Virus record (IMG/VR): IMGVR_UViG_3300048672_001143
Coordinates: 11,884 to 75,883 of that record
From: a virus
Taxonomy: Duplodnaviria; Heunggongvirae; Uroviricota; Caudoviricetes
Reading direction: 5' to 3' (one strand)
Length of the DNA stretch: 64,000 bases
Under the pieces are notes generated by a model. That model ran no database searches and was not told the DNA's origin. It was given only the letters and a program-made list of their open reading frames with translations. A program made the translations under genes and the position numbers. Each line of letters opens with the position of its first letter. The first letter of the stretch is position 1. Below are positions 1 through 10,016 of this stretch, one piece after another.

Positions 1-872
1 ATTGCGATACCTTCTGCAACTGTGTCCGCACCCATGAAGAAGATCCAGTCAGATTTCGCGTTGTTCCACACGTCGGCAGTGCCTGCTTGTGGGTCGAAAG
101 TCGTGGAATCCGCTGCACCGCCGGCCGGGATATGTGTTTGTTCGATAAATCGAATACCACGGTATCTGCCGATTTCGCCGTTTTTAATCTGTGCCAAACC
201 GGTTTCAGTGTACGTCTGGATACCTTCCAGGTCAGATTTCAGCTGGACGTAAGTGGATGGTCTTGCAACCGCCAAATAGTCGCCTGCTTCATAAGCCGGG
301 ATACCACGTTCTTTCATCATGGTTGCGATTGGCTCGACATGGCCTTTGCCAAAGGCAACGTTGTTGGCGATAGTTGAAACGCCATTGGTGTCCAATGCAC
401 CGATTGCTGTGGTACTGGTACCCGCGTTTGCGCCGACTCTTAAAGGAGTTTGGTTGAACTGGTTCCAAGCCGCCACGTCAAAGGTTTCTGCAACGTCGAT
501 TTTCAACAACTTGCGGATGATTTCTTTGATCGGCTGCTCAGACAAATCGTCCAATTTACCAGAGTAAGGAACCGATTGGCCGTACTCAGTCATGGTGCCT
601 GAGTATTGAGCAATTTTGAAGCCAGATTCTGGCATTCTTTCGGTTTCGTCCAACGCGCGGCCTTTGGTAGACAGCTTGTTATAAACGTTCCAATACCATT
701 TTTCGCCGCGAGATTTACCCACTAACGGTTTACCGTCAGCATCGTTTTCCCTTACGTCGCACAATTGGCGCCATTTAACGACAGGCAAGTTCTGTAAACG
801 GAGATACTCCGACAGATTGGGTGCCCACATGTATCCGCCTTCATCGGCTACTGACCAGATTTGACCGCTCAT
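1..872 (-). CDS. putative major capsid protein (HK97-fold?), C-terminus truncated by window start
   Basis: Own translation of the minus strand from ATG at 870-872 (MSGQIWSVADEGGYMWAPNLSEY...). Open frame to position 1, so it is absent from the ORF track. It lies immediately downstream of the scaffold-like gene in portal-scaffold-capsid order. Confidence 0.5.
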   Translation of the reverse strand, partial: MSGQIWSVADEGGYMWAPNLSEYLRLQNLPVVKWRQLCDVRENDADGKPLVGKSRGEKWYWNVYNKLSTKGRALDETERMPESGFKIAQYSGTMTEYGQSVPYSGKLDDLSEQPIKEIIRKLLKIDVAETFDVAAWNQFNQTPLRVGANAGTSTTAIGALDTNGVSTIANNVAFGKGHVEPIATMMKERGIPAYEAGDYLAVARPSTYVQLKSDLEGIQTYTETGLAQIKNGEIGRYRGIRFIEQTHIPAGGAADSTTFDPQAGTADVWNNAKSDWIFFMGADTVAEGIA

Positions 873-955
873 ATTTTTCTACCTACTTGTTTCGTGGAAG
901 AATTAACTTCCTGTTGGTTTATAGCCGCCGGATAGGCGGAGTTAAATAAATCTTT

Positions 956-2089
956 TTACAACTGCCCGCGTTTCGCTTTCATTTGCATAATCGCATCTGA
1001 TCGCGTTGCTTGCTTAGGTGCAGGTGCTTCTTCTTTTCTTGCGTTAGCGCTCGGCAAAGTCACTATCTTACGTTTGTTCGCCATCCTATCTTCCATCGGT
1101 GGGACAACAGGCTCTTCCGCAGGAGCTTCTTCCGCTGCCGGTTCTTCAGCAGGAGCTTCTTCAGCCATAGGCTCTTCAGCTGCAGGCTCTTCAGACGGCA
1201 TTTCTGGAGGCATTTCCGGCACCTGCATAGCCGCCCCTTCCGGATATAAATCCGCTACTGCTTTTTGAATGGCCTCCACTGCAGACAAACCTTCTTGTCG
1301 GTATACATCCGAAAGCGCTAAAACTTTATTAGCTTCCAGGCCGTCTTCGCCCAATTCCGGGTGCTTAGCAACGATGGCGTCGGTAGCATCCAGGAATGCT
1401 TGCGCTTCTTGCTCTGCTTGCGCTTCGCTTTTACCGCGGTGCTTATTTTCCTGAAACCGGTGCTCTTGCATCTGCTTATATAACTGCTTGGCCTGTTCAA
1501 GATCTCCAAAAGCCACCGCTTCGTGATACTTGTCGATCAACTCGTCGTGAGATACACCTTCTGGCGGGACGTATTCCCCAACCGGCTGCATCTTTTTTTG
1601 ATGCTGTGGTTCGGAAGCTTCTTCCTTCGCGAATTGCTCAACTGCGCCTGAGTCTTTATGTTCTGGCTCAGTCATTTCTTCTTTGGCAAATTCTTCAACT
1701 GCTGTGGTTGGCTCTTCACCTTCCGCTTTTTCCTCTTCAGGAGCGCCAGTACCGCCTTCTGCAGCTTCTTCAGCCGCTTCGCCACCGTCTTCTTTATCCG
1801 CTTGTACAGCGTCCAATTCTTTTTGGGCTTCTGCAACGATGCCTCCTTCAGCTTTAACTTCTCCGCCTTCTGCAAAACCTTCCGGTTCTTTCTCAGGGGC
1901 CACTGCTTCAGGTTCCAACATGTTGTCTTTAACGCCTTCATACAAATCGGTTTTGCCCGCATTCTTGTTTGAACTGCGTTTACCAGCACGTAACCGCGCC
2001 TGCACGTTATCGTCTTTTGAATAATCGGGTTTAGGAAGTGCTGCAGATTCGCTCTCGCCTTCGTCTTTAACTTTATCTTCTTCGTTCAT
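956..2089 (-). CDS. putative scaffolding protein (acidic, Glu/Ala/Pro-rich, coiled-coil-like)
   Basis: Track ORF 956..2128. Preferred start is MNEEDK at 2089, which has AGGA 8 nt upstream. Extreme E/A/K/P low complexity; sits between portal and capsid. Confidence 0.5.
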   Translation of the reverse strand: MNEEDKVKDEGESESAALPKPDYSKDDNVQARLRAGKRSSNKNAGKTDLYEGVKDNMLEPEAVAPEKEPEGFAEGGEVKAEGGIVAEAQKELDAVQADKEDGGEAAEEAAEGGTGAPEEEKAEGEEPTTAVEEFAKEEMTEPEHKDSGAVEQFAKEEASEPQHQKKMQPVGEYVPPEGVSHDELIDKYHEAVAFGDLEQAKQLYKQMQEHRFQENKHRGKSEAQAEQEAQAFLDATDAIVAKHPELGEDGLEANKVLALSDVYRQEGLSAVEAIQKAVADLYPEGAAMQVPEMPPEMPSEEPAAEEPMAEEAPAEEPAAEEAPAEEPVVPPMEDRMANKRKIVTLPSANARKEEAPAPKQATRSDAIMQMKAKRGQL

Positions 2090-2178
2090 ATTTCTGTCCT
2101 GATTTCGAGAAGGGTTTTTACACAACACTACGTTACCTTAATTCAATATCATGAAGTGTAGACGAGTGTCAACTTTTT

Positions 2179-2646
2179 TCAAATAAATTGTTCTTCTTCC
2201 GGTATTTTTACCGGTTGCGCGATTTGTAATTTCGCTATCCGTTCTTTTGCTATCCGTTTAGGCAGTTCGCGAATTTTATTTCGTAAAGTGCTTTCGGCCT
2301 TAAACCGTACTACACAACTGTGTGGTATTAATATCTCTTTTTTATGTAAAGGGTTATACGCCATAAAATCCGTTTTAATATCCGGTGTTAGATTGCCGAC
2401 GCCTGGAATTATTACCTTTCTGCCGTACACTAATTCGCAATGAATTACCGCGCAAAAAGCATCGAAGAAAAATCGGCTTTCGTACGGAGTGTACCCAGTC
2501 ATATCGCCTATTATCTTAACCATTTCCATGGTGGTTAATGGCCGTTTCTCATCCGGTTTCCGGTACCGCTTTGGTATAACTTCTCCCTCGCCGAAGATTC
2601 TCTTTGGCCGGCCTCGCCCCCTTTTTACTGGCGTCTCCTCAAACAT
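2179..2646 (-). CDS. HU/IHF-family DNA-binding protein with N-terminal AT-hook-like RGRGRPKR
   Basis: C-terminal ~90 aa match the HU pattern: GRKVIIPGVGNL ... YNPLHKKEILIPHSCVVRFKAESTLRNKI (compare HU GDAVQLVGFGTF ... [29 protein letters not shown]). Confidence 0.5.
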   Translation of the reverse strand: MFEETPVKRGRGRPKRIFGEGEVIPKRYRKPDEKRPLTTMEMVKIIGDMTGYTPYESRFFFDAFCAVIHCELVYGRKVIIPGVGNLTPDIKTDFMAYNPLHKKEILIPHSCVVRFKAESTLRNKIRELPKRIAKERIAKLQIAQPVKIPEEEQFI

Positions 2647-2648
2647 AC

Positions 2649-2954
2649 CTAAATCCCCAAGGATTCTTCTTGGTGTATGATCTCTTCCGCGGCACGGCCT
2701 TCACCTACTGCCTCATCCAACCACTGTAGAAACATATCAGGTATCTTAGCTTTCCACTGCAGTGCCATTATGCCCTCCGGGCTATTGGGATCCGCCAATA
2801 CCAGCGCTTCTAAGGCTTCTATCCGGCATTGGTGCGCCCGGTCTATCAAGTACTGCCCAACCTTATCGTGCGCAATGAAGTGCTCTATGTCCAAGCCTAA
2901 AGAAACTGCCCGCATGGACGGGTCGTTTTGATACTTTCCTGCTAAATCAACCAT
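2649..2954 (-). CDS. hypothetical protein
   Basis: ORF-track frame packed tightly between the portal and HU-like genes. Confidence 0.3.
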   Translation of the reverse strand: MVDLAGKYQNDPSMRAVSLGLDIEHFIAHDKVGQYLIDRAHQCRIEALEALVLADPNSPEGIMALQWKAKIPDMFLQWLDEAVGEGRAAEEIIHQEESLGI

Positions 2955-2976
2955 TTAATCTCTCCAGTTTAAATTA

Positions 2977-5358
2977 TTAGTCGCCTAAAGTTGGTGTTTC
3001 TATTCCTGATTTTGCGCCTAATACCGGAGAAACGGGTTGCGGCGGTAAATTAGGGTGCGTTCCGGTATTTTGCACAACTGGAGCCGCCTGCGGGGTAACC
3101 GCTTGCATTACCGGAGCCGCATTACGGTCGATAAACCCGACGGATTTCAAAATTTCATCTGTAACTGGCGCCATTCCTGGGTTCTGTGCAGCCACTCCCG
3201 CTGCTTGCGCGGCTTCGTAGACGGCCGTAACGTTCGTCGTCGTGGTTTGGGCCTGAATGAGCGCTATTTTTGCGTCCATTTCCAGTAAAGATTTTTGGAT
3301 TTTTGCGTTTTCCATCTCTAATCGGGTATTTTCCAGCTGTAACTTACCTTGGGCAATTTCCATTTTGCCCTGTTCTATCTGCATTTTCATTTCCATTTGC
3401 TGCTGCGCCAACTGCTGAGCTGGGTCTGGTGGTGGGCTTTGCTCCATAGCATCGACTTTAGCAAAATCGAAGAACCGGGATCCATTATCGTAACCAGCAG
3501 CTCCGAATATCTCGTTAGCAATTTCTGCTCCTCGTATCGCTGCTCCTGCTTTAGGAACTAAACTGACTGTCGTCGCGACCGCGCTCTGTATTTTCTGCAT
3601 TCTTTGTGTCGGACTTACCGCGCCCATGCCGACGTTAACCGATACCGAGAATTTATAATTGAAATATTCTGGTAAGACTTTCAACAACTTAGCTTTCTTA
3701 GCCGCTACGGTTAGTGCCGTTGCATCCGTTTCATACATTGCCACGAGTTGTACTAGCTGTCTAAGAACCGGTTCGATCCAAGTTTCGGTAAAGGTTCTTA
3801 ACTCCATTTCCCGTACTTGGTTGCCCGCCTCGTTCATCAAATTCATGCCGGTTGCGGTTTCGTGCAACTTCCGGTTTGCATTAACAGTAGACCCGGCCGT
3901 TGACCCTGACAGGTCGTCCATAGCCAACGAGAGTCTGTCCATCTCCTGGTAGCTTGAAGCCGTTACGTCTTGTACTGGTAATGGCTCTACATGGCTGGAT
4001 AGAGCTCCGGGAGCACTAACACCTATTAACCCTCCTGGTACGTTTCGGCTCAAGGCCCTAACGTCGACTTGGTTCCCTTGGCGGTATAAATACCGGCGGT
4101 TTAATACTTGCCGAACGTTATCGTAACGTTGGTTATTTAATTCGTTGACCGCTTTCTGAAGTCCTGAAGTTAGCTCAACCGGGCTGCTTGGGAATGGCCG
4201 GTCCGTTTCGACTTCCATTTTCCCGAGTACATAGTCCCGTTGTCCTCCGGCCCAAGGTATTACCTGAGTAAGAGGTACCGGTTCTGACAATAAAACATTT
4301 ACACCGGCGGTATAGTAAAGCCAATCAATCCCGTCATATCGGACAATATTCCTGTGAATCCAGACTATGCGGAATTCGTCCACGACTTCCATCATGTTGG
4401 ATTTAGGATCCAGCCGGCGTGAACCTGACCGGGCACGACGTGTGGTATCTAAGTTATCCCGGTTACCCGCGGATAAAAGCTGTCCGGCTCCCAGTTCTTT
4501 CCAGGCGGGTTCCCCGTTTTTAGAATCCCTGCCCTTACGTAATTTTATCTCTGTTAAAACATCCCCTAAGAACATCGGCATCAGTTCTATCAGGTAGGGG
4601 GAAGAATTTGCTGGGTCCAGCCAGTCGGCTGCAGGGGATATTCGGATATTTTCTATCGGTACTACTCGGACCGTTGGTTCGTCTTTTATAATCCGCGTTT
4701 CATAAAGTTCTGTAACCGCACCGGTCTCAGGATCCACTTCTCTGCCGACTAAAATCTCGGCTTCCTTAAAGTTCCACGATTGATGTGACGCAATGGTGCC
4801 AAGTACTGCGGTCTCACCGATTCCGCCTAGGACCAATTGGTACCAAGGAATCGTGTGTGTTAACCGGTAATTTAATAAGTTTTTGATCAGGTCTGCTGCA
4901 TCTCGCTGCTCCGAGTTATCCGAGTCTTCGGCTTCAATAGCGACAACGTCGGAGCTGGTAAAGTAAGCAGAAGCCGCTGCGGCCTGGATTGCCCGTACCA
5001 AAGTACGTGTTTTTGGCCAAAAATAATTTGCCCGGTGCTTATTGGCGTCCGCCAAAATAGGTGAATCCGGCGCATGCTCTGACCGGTAATGCGCAAAGTT
5101 TCTAGCCCAGATAGCCCTTTGATTAACTTGCAACCACGATTCGCTTGACTCGTAAGCGTTTCTTGCCATTCGCACCCAATCCGTTGCTTCTCCAAAAGTT
5201 GATGAGTCACCCTGACTTATCTTCGGCCTTCCAGCCGCATAATTGGGGTTATTCCCTAGCCCATCAACTGAATTGACTTGTGGGGCGGATACCGCAGAGG
5301 AGGGTCTGTAATCTCCCCCTGCTAACGAAGGCTGTGGATCAAATGGCGCAAGCAGCAT
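2977..5358 (-). CDS. putative portal protein (793 aa; C-terminal Q/A/E-rich coiled-coil like barrel-forming portals)
   Basis: Size, position downstream of terminase and upstream of scaffold/capsid; C-terminal MEMKMQIEQGKMEIAQGKLQLENTRLEMENAKIQ coiled coil. Confidence 0.55.
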   Translation of the reverse strand: MLLAPFDPQPSLAGGDYRPSSAVSAPQVNSVDGLGNNPNYAAGRPKISQGDSSTFGEATDWVRMARNAYESSESWLQVNQRAIWARNFAHYRSEHAPDSPILADANKHRANYFWPKTRTLVRAIQAAAASAYFTSSDVVAIEAEDSDNSEQRDAADLIKNLLNYRLTHTIPWYQLVLGGIGETAVLGTIASHQSWNFKEAEILVGREVDPETGAVTELYETRIIKDEPTVRVVPIENIRISPAADWLDPANSSPYLIELMPMFLGDVLTEIKLRKGRDSKNGEPAWKELGAGQLLSAGNRDNLDTTRRARSGSRRLDPKSNMMEVVDEFRIVWIHRNIVRYDGIDWLYYTAGVNVLLSEPVPLTQVIPWAGGQRDYVLGKMEVETDRPFPSSPVELTSGLQKAVNELNNQRYDNVRQVLNRRYLYRQGNQVDVRALSRNVPGGLIGVSAPGALSSHVEPLPVQDVTASSYQEMDRLSLAMDDLSGSTAGSTVNANRKLHETATGMNLMNEAGNQVREMELRTFTETWIEPVLRQLVQLVAMYETDATALTVAAKKAKLLKVLPEYFNYKFSVSVNVGMGAVSPTQRMQKIQSAVATTVSLVPKAGAAIRGAEIANEIFGAAGYDNGSRFFDFAKVDAMEQSPPPDPAQQLAQQQMEMKMQIEQGKMEIAQGKLQLENTRLEMENAKIQKSLLEMDAKIALIQAQTTTTNVTAVYEAAQAAGVAAQNPGMAPVTDEILKSVGFIDRNAAPVMQAVTPQAAPVVQNTGTHPNLPPQPVSPVLGAKSGIETPTLGD

Positions 5359-5362
5359 GGTG

Positions 5363-5809
5363 TTAACCTTTCAAAATATCAAATTGTTGCTTTATCTTAC
5401 CATACCCAGGATTTATTTCAGGCATAGCTGCGCTATCTGGAATAATAAGGCCCGCCGGGGTACGTTTAATACCGTGAATCTCATCCTGCCGGTGCCGGGT
5501 TCTGGATAGCCCGAGGGCTTCTAAAAATTCTCCCCCTGCTCGCATGATGCAGGACATTTTATCCCGATCCATATCCAGATACTTAACCAAATACACCACA
5601 TCAGTCGGGACATCCTGTAAACGGATGATCAACGCGCCTAAAACTCCCCCTACCGTTTCGGTCCACTCAAGCCCCCATTTCCAACCAGGATAGTGCCGGG
5701 TCAGTATAGCCATGGCCTCGTTCGCTATCGTTTTTTGCTCGGGTAGCCATTCGGTCGGCATCGACTCTACGACCGGGTCTCTTGCGTGTTGAAAGTTTAG
5801 GTTCGCCAT
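5363..5809 (-). CDS. hypothetical protein
   Basis: ORF track; starts 5 nt after the portal stop in the same transcriptional direction. Confidence 0.35.
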   Translation of the reverse strand: MANLNFQHARDPVVESMPTEWLPEQKTIANEAMAILTRHYPGWKWGLEWTETVGGVLGALIIRLQDVPTDVVYLVKYLDMDRDKMSCIMRAGGEFLEALGLSRTRHRQDEIHGIKRTPAGLIIPDSAAMPEINPGYGKIKQQFDILKG

Positions 5810-5833
5810 CTTATCTCCAGATTAATGTTTTTG

Positions 5834-6106
5834 TTAAAGGCACAACTGCCCAATTTCGGTAGGGCCGTCCAGTTCAGGTGGGACCATCTGCCGCCAATGC
5901 GCGGGGCTGACTATTTTTACCGGTAACCCTTCTACTTCTAAAACTTCCCCTACTACTGCGCCGATACCGTTTGCCGCCAAGTGAATTACTTTTGGCCGGC
6001 AGTCAGAGGTTTTCATGTATTCACTAATGATACTGAATGCGCAGCGCTCAACGGACAAAGGATCATCCGGTTGGTGCTCTAAATTAATTTGCCAGATAAC
6101 AGACAT
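5834..6106 (-). CDS. hypothetical protein
   Basis: ORF track, co-directional tightly packed operon. Confidence 0.3.
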   Translation of the reverse strand: MSVIWQINLEHQPDDPLSVERCAFSIISEYMKTSDCRPKVIHLAANGIGAVVGEVLEVEGLPVKIVSPAHWRQMVPPELDGPTEIGQLCL

Positions 6107-6115
6107 TTTTATTTC

Positions 6116-6349
6116 CTATGGGTTAGTTGATACAAGATCAGGATCCGGTAAATGCGTCGTATGGCCGCCGGAAATAGAAACGGGTTTGCCGTAAAAACCT
6201 TCCGGTTGTAGATTACTCCAGAACATCTTCCGGCTGTTGCCAAAAATATAGGTAGGGTACGGTTCTTCCGGCCCCATACGCGCTCCTTGTACCAAAGTTT
6301 CGTATTCGATTATTGTTTCTGTTACTTTGTTGAGTGGTATGGAGGCCAT
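6116..6349 (-). CDS. hypothetical protein
   Basis: ORF track, co-directional. Confidence 0.3.
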   Translation of the reverse strand: MASIPLNKVTETIIEYETLVQGARMGPEEPYPTYIFGNSRKMFWSNLQPEGFYGKPVSISGGHTTHLPDPDLVSTNP

Positions 6350-6386
6350 AAAAATATCCCGTTAGGCAATTCGTTTGATATTTATA

Positions 6387-6596
6387 TCACAGAATGCGTT
6401 GCATACCAAAAAGCGTTAGTCGTTTCGCTAAAATATCGGAGTATTTCCCCATTACTTCGGCCTGTTCGGTCAGTAGCAATTTCATCTCTTCAGATAAACC
6501 CAGGTAATAATTACTGATCAAAAACGCTTTCAACTTGACAAGTTTACCGTCGAGTTCTTCCTTCTCGAATTCTACCCGTTGTGCATGTGTCAGCAT
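6387..6596 (-). CDS. hypothetical protein
   Basis: ORF track, co-directional; stop abuts next gene start. Confidence 0.3.
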   Translation of the reverse strand: MLTHAQRVEFEKEELDGKLVKLKAFLISNYYLGLSEEMKLLLTEQAEVMGKYSDILAKRLTLFGMQRIL

Positions 6597-6597
6597 G

Positions 6598-7080
6598 CTA
6601 TTTCACCAGTTTTTTCCACCAGGATTCAACTTTCTCCCCGGCTTCCTCTATTTCCTCAATTACTTCGTCCAGTACTTCTTCTACTGGATTCCGGTATTGG
6701 TGTTCCTTTAACAGGTAGCCTTCCAAAGCCCAGACTTTATCCCGCGCCATGTTAAACGCCAATTTTTCCCCTATCTCCTTACTGAAATTCTCAGCGTAGG
6801 CGCAGGCGGAATATCCCACCGTGGTAAAACCGTTTTCCAATACTAGTAGGCAAACAATCGTTGTGGTGCCAGGGAATTGGTGAAAATGTATTTCAGCAAT
6901 TTTGGAATCCAACTGCTCCGCAGTAACGCGGGGTGCGGTGCTATGGGCTTTCAGTTCTTGTTCTGTTACGTGATCTTTCATGTATTTCTCCAGTATAAAC
7001 GGTAAGGTTGTTAAGTTAAAATTCTCGGCATAAAAGAGATGTCGATAAAACATTCCCCGAAAGATATGCTTATGGTCCAA
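6598..7080 (-). CDS. hypothetical protein, possibly N4 Gp49/Sf6 gp66-like family
   Basis: Segment TTIVCLLVLENGFTTVGYSACAYAENFSKEIGEKLAFNMARDKVWALEGYLL recalls that phage family from memory; weak. Start may be the internal M at ~7053. Confidence 0.3.
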   Translation of the reverse strand: MDHKHIFRGMFYRHLFYAENFNLTTLPFILEKYMKDHVTEQELKAHSTAPRVTAEQLDSKIAEIHFHQFPGTTTIVCLLVLENGFTTVGYSACAYAENFSKEIGEKLAFNMARDKVWALEGYLLKEHQYRNPVEEVLDEVIEEIEEAGEKVESWWKKLVK

Positions 7081-7331
7081 GCTTCTCTTCCATGGGCTTT
7101 TATTTCCGGTTCTCCTACCGTTCGCAGTGCAAAAGTAGTTGTTATATCACGAACTACTTTTTCCGGTTCGCTTGGCGATTCTGTCCACGGTACGCATATT
7201 AAATCAAAATCCCTAGCTAAGCTACCGTGTACCGCTAGGGCATACCCGTGCGATTTAGCTATCTCAGCTAAGCCTGGATATAAACCACAATAGATAGGAG
7301 CGAAGCTAGGGTTCGGTTTTTTACTTGCCAT
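7011..7331 (-). CDS. hypothetical protein (contains HGSLARDFDLICV, weak NTase-like motif)
   Basis: ORF track; 3' end overlaps the next gene. Confidence 0.3.
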   Translation of the reverse strand: MASKKPNPSFAPIYCGLYPGLAEIAKSHGYALAVHGSLARDFDLICVPWTESPSEPEKVVRDITTTFALRTVGEPEIKAHGREAWTISISFGECFIDISFMPRILT

Positions 7332-7333
7332 TT

Positions 7334-9037
7334 TTAAAATCCTAAATTAGGGGCCTCAAAATAACTGTCCCCATAGTCATTACCAAAGGCTCCCCCTGAG
7401 TTTCCAACAGCGGAGAAAAATCCCGCCGCTTTGGCCTGGGCGGCCTGTAGAAAAGCGTCGGCGCCGTTACTTTCTGGTCCGTGCTTCGGCGTATTTCGCC
7501 ACGTTCCGGTTCGTGGGTTCCACTCTTTCCGGTACGCTTCGAGTCTTTTTAACCCGACTGAGCAGTGCTTCTGATCAAATACGCATTGACTTAACAAAAT
7601 TCTCCCCTGCTGTATGGCCATCTGCTTGTCCGGGGTTTTCGGTACCAACCAGAATCGCCAGTGCGGGGCTACGCTTTGAAACATTTCTTCCGGAGTCATG
7701 TTTCGATCAGCCCCCTGGCGCCTGTGGTTAGCGTCGTGGGGTAAATATACATACTCGAGGACATAGTTTAACGCATCCACTTCTTTAACGAAATAAGAAA
7801 ACGGTTCGCCGCTCGCCTCCATGTAGTTGATCACCGCATAATGCGTCCGCTTCGGTTGGAAAAACCATAGCGCCGTCTCGTCGTTTTGCCCTATATCACA
7901 GAAAATGCTAACCGGAAACATCGGGTCGTATGGGCACAACCCTATTCGTTGCTCTTTCCGCATCTGACTAAATTGCTCTTTAAAGTACGCCCCTTCCATA
8001 GATACCTTAAACGCTTCATCCGGTGTCGACGGCATTTCCGCCCACATCAATTCCTGATCGCCTGAATACGTAACGTCCCGGTACTTGACGTACCATGCTC
8101 GTTGCCCGTCCGTTATCGGGCGTTTTATCTTCAATTCCAAATCGTTGAAGTACTGCTCGTCCCGAGCAGAAACAATAACGGATCCGGGTGGCATGACGTA
8201 CGCCGGGTCTTCCCACCAGCCAAAGAAGTGGAATTTGAAATCCAGTTTCCACAACGCTTCGCCGGTTTCCTGCATCTTCTGCGCGGTATCCACTAAATCG
8301 TAGAAAGCTCCCTCTTGCCCTTCCGCGGTCGACTCGACGAATACTAAACCGTCTTCCGCTACCGCAGTAATGGATCCCGTCACAATTTCCCGTGCTTTGC
8401 CTGGATCCTTTGCCGCTATCTTTCCAAATTCTGAAATGTGCAGGAAGGAAGGTGTCGTTCCCCGTGCTGAGGTTCGAACTTCTACTCGGCTGCCGTTCTT
8501 AAAAGCGATGCTACTTTTTGATGTCGAGCCTTCCAATGATACCGGGTCGGCGAACTTAAACGGTTCCGGTAAGTTATCGTATGCAAACTTAAACACGTCC
8601 CTGAAAATCGCTTCTGCAATCTCCCGGTCCTGCGCAATTACTACACAGCTTTCATTAGGGGAGAAAAGCGCCGTATCCAACATGAAAATCTGAATGAACG
8701 TCGAGAAGCCCATCTTACGAGCTTTCAGAATAACGTTCCGGGTGTGAAACGAGGATAAGAGTTTTTTCTGTGCGACGTTTGGTTTAAACGTAATAACTTT
8801 CTTTTTCTTATCGACGATCTTGTACAGGTGCGCCATCCGCCAGATTGGGTCGCCCAGATGGTGCGCTAAGTCGTCTTCCGTAAAGTCAAATGACGTCAAG
8901 TCCATAATCGGTTTCCGAGTCGGCTGACTCGGCGGTGCGCTTGCCTGCTGACTCGATTGTGCTGAGGGGTTTTTTCTAGGTCTGCCGGGAGACCGGGTTA
9001 TCTTTTTGTTTTTTGCCTTTGCTTTAGCTGCGGTCAT
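7334..9037 (-). CDS. terL: terminase large subunit
   Basis: Walker A-like ILKARKMGFST, then FIQIFMLDTALFSPNESCVVIAQDRE..., typical of Terminase_6-type large terminases. Immediately follows terS. The true start may be the internal MDLTSF. Confidence 0.85.
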   Translation of the reverse strand: MTAAKAKAKNKKITRSPGRPRKNPSAQSSQQASAPPSQPTRKPIMDLTSFDFTEDDLAHHLGDPIWRMAHLYKIVDKKKKVITFKPNVAQKKLLSSFHTRNVILKARKMGFSTFIQIFMLDTALFSPNESCVVIAQDREIAEAIFRDVFKFAYDNLPEPFKFADPVSLEGSTSKSSIAFKNGSRVEVRTSARGTTPSFLHISEFGKIAAKDPGKAREIVTGSITAVAEDGLVFVESTAEGQEGAFYDLVDTAQKMQETGEALWKLDFKFHFFGWWEDPAYVMPPGSVIVSARDEQYFNDLELKIKRPITDGQRAWYVKYRDVTYSGDQELMWAEMPSTPDEAFKVSMEGAYFKEQFSQMRKEQRIGLCPYDPMFPVSIFCDIGQNDETALWFFQPKRTHYAVINYMEASGEPFSYFVKEVDALNYVLEYVYLPHDANHRRQGADRNMTPEEMFQSVAPHWRFWLVPKTPDKQMAIQQGRILLSQCVFDQKHCSVGLKRLEAYRKEWNPRTGTWRNTPKHGPESNGADAFLQAAQAKAAGFFSAVGNSGGAFGNDYGDSYFEAPNLGF

Positions 9038-9837
9038 ATGAAGTCTTCATCGTCCGGAGTCTGCGTTAAGGGGGTTTTTGGCGCCGGTACTAACCCTTCC
9101 GCTATGGCCCAGTCATCGTCTGCAAAAAACTCTTCAAAGGTTTCTGTCTCGAGCATCGTGTGGTCTTCCCAATATTCTTCAGACTCCCCATCGTCCCCGT
9201 CCTCGTCGGTTTCCTCTTCTTCCGTAAATTCCCCGTCTTCAATCTCGTCCTCCATAGATTTTCCCTCTATCGTCGGCCGTAAAATATTCCCCTGTAGCGC
9301 GAGTAACAGACGGGATAAAGAATCTCCCGTATCTACTGTTTGTGTGGTCTGTGATTTCTCCGCCCAGCCGTGGTTGTTCTTCAAATCAAATATCACTCCG
9401 GACGATGAACCCTTAGTCTCCAACAACATGGTGTTTTTCCATTCTTCAATTCGGGTACGTGCCGTTTCCACCACGTGCGAATATTCATCCCCTTTCTCCT
9501 CGTACGACTTTAAAGCTTTTGGACTCTTAAAGCCCAGCGCCAAGGTAAGCCCTGCGATTGTCGGTGGTCGACTGCGTGTGGTTTCCCCGTCAAGGTACGT
9601 CAACTGATCGAAGTACATATTGACTGCGTGCTGCAAATGCTGTGGGGATTGGTAGAAAGGTAATGCTCCTAGGGAGGCTTTGACTTCTGGAGAATCTTGC
9701 ATACCTAATCCTAATTTTAATCTTGGTTTAAACGCTGCACCGCTGTCTTTATCCGATACTTTTTTACGGGGTGCCGGTAAAACGCGTTGCTGTGTTTTTG
9801 CTGTCTTTGCGTAGAACTCTGATCTGAAATCGCTCAT
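9034..9837 (-). CDS. terS: terminase small subunit
   Basis: PPTIAGLTLALGFKSPKALKSYEEKGDEYSHVVETARTRIEEWKNTML matches the Terminase_2 signature; acidic C-terminal tail; overlaps the terL start by 4 nt. Confidence 0.65.
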   Translation of the reverse strand: MSDFRSEFYAKTAKTQQRVLPAPRKKVSDKDSGAAFKPRLKLGLGMQDSPEVKASLGALPFYQSPQHLQHAVNMYFDQLTYLDGETTRSRPPTIAGLTLALGFKSPKALKSYEEKGDEYSHVVETARTRIEEWKNTMLLETKGSSSGVIFDLKNNHGWAEKSQTTQTVDTGDSLSRLLLALQGNILRPTIEGKSMEDEIEDGEFTEEEETDEDGDDGESEEYWEDHTMLETETFEEFFADDDWAIAEGLVPAPKTPLTQTPDDEDFI

Positions 9838-9934
9838 AAGTTTGTGGCAGGGTAAATGCTATTGGGTAATTGTGGTGGTTTGTTTAAGCATATACCAACT
9901 GCTACGAATGGTCAAGGCGAGGTATAGTCGATAG

Positions 9935-10008
9935 TGGAGCGGGTACGGGGAATCGAACCCCGTCCCTCAGTTTGGAAGACTGGCGCTCTACCTTAGAGCT
10001 GTACCCGC
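9935..10008 (-). tRNA. tRNA-Gly (anticodon UCC), CCA encoded
   Basis: Manual cloverleaf: acceptor GCGGGTA/TACCCGC, D-arm GCTC-TAAGGTA-GAGC, anticodon loop CTTCCAA, T-arm CGGGG-TTCGATT-CCCCG, 3' CCA. Confidence 0.8.
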
Positions 10009-10016
10009 GAGGTGTT

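Noticed and set aside
1010-2024. Several plus-strand ORFs (e.g. 1396..1857, 1683..2024) inside the scaffold gene
   Set aside because: Antisense frames of a biased Glu/Ala-rich gene; low-complexity S/A/P/L translations.
7011-7331. Nucleotidyltransferase call for the 106-aa protein (HGSLARDFDLICV)
   Set aside because: Spacing between GS and DxD is too short for the Pol-beta motif; left hypothetical.
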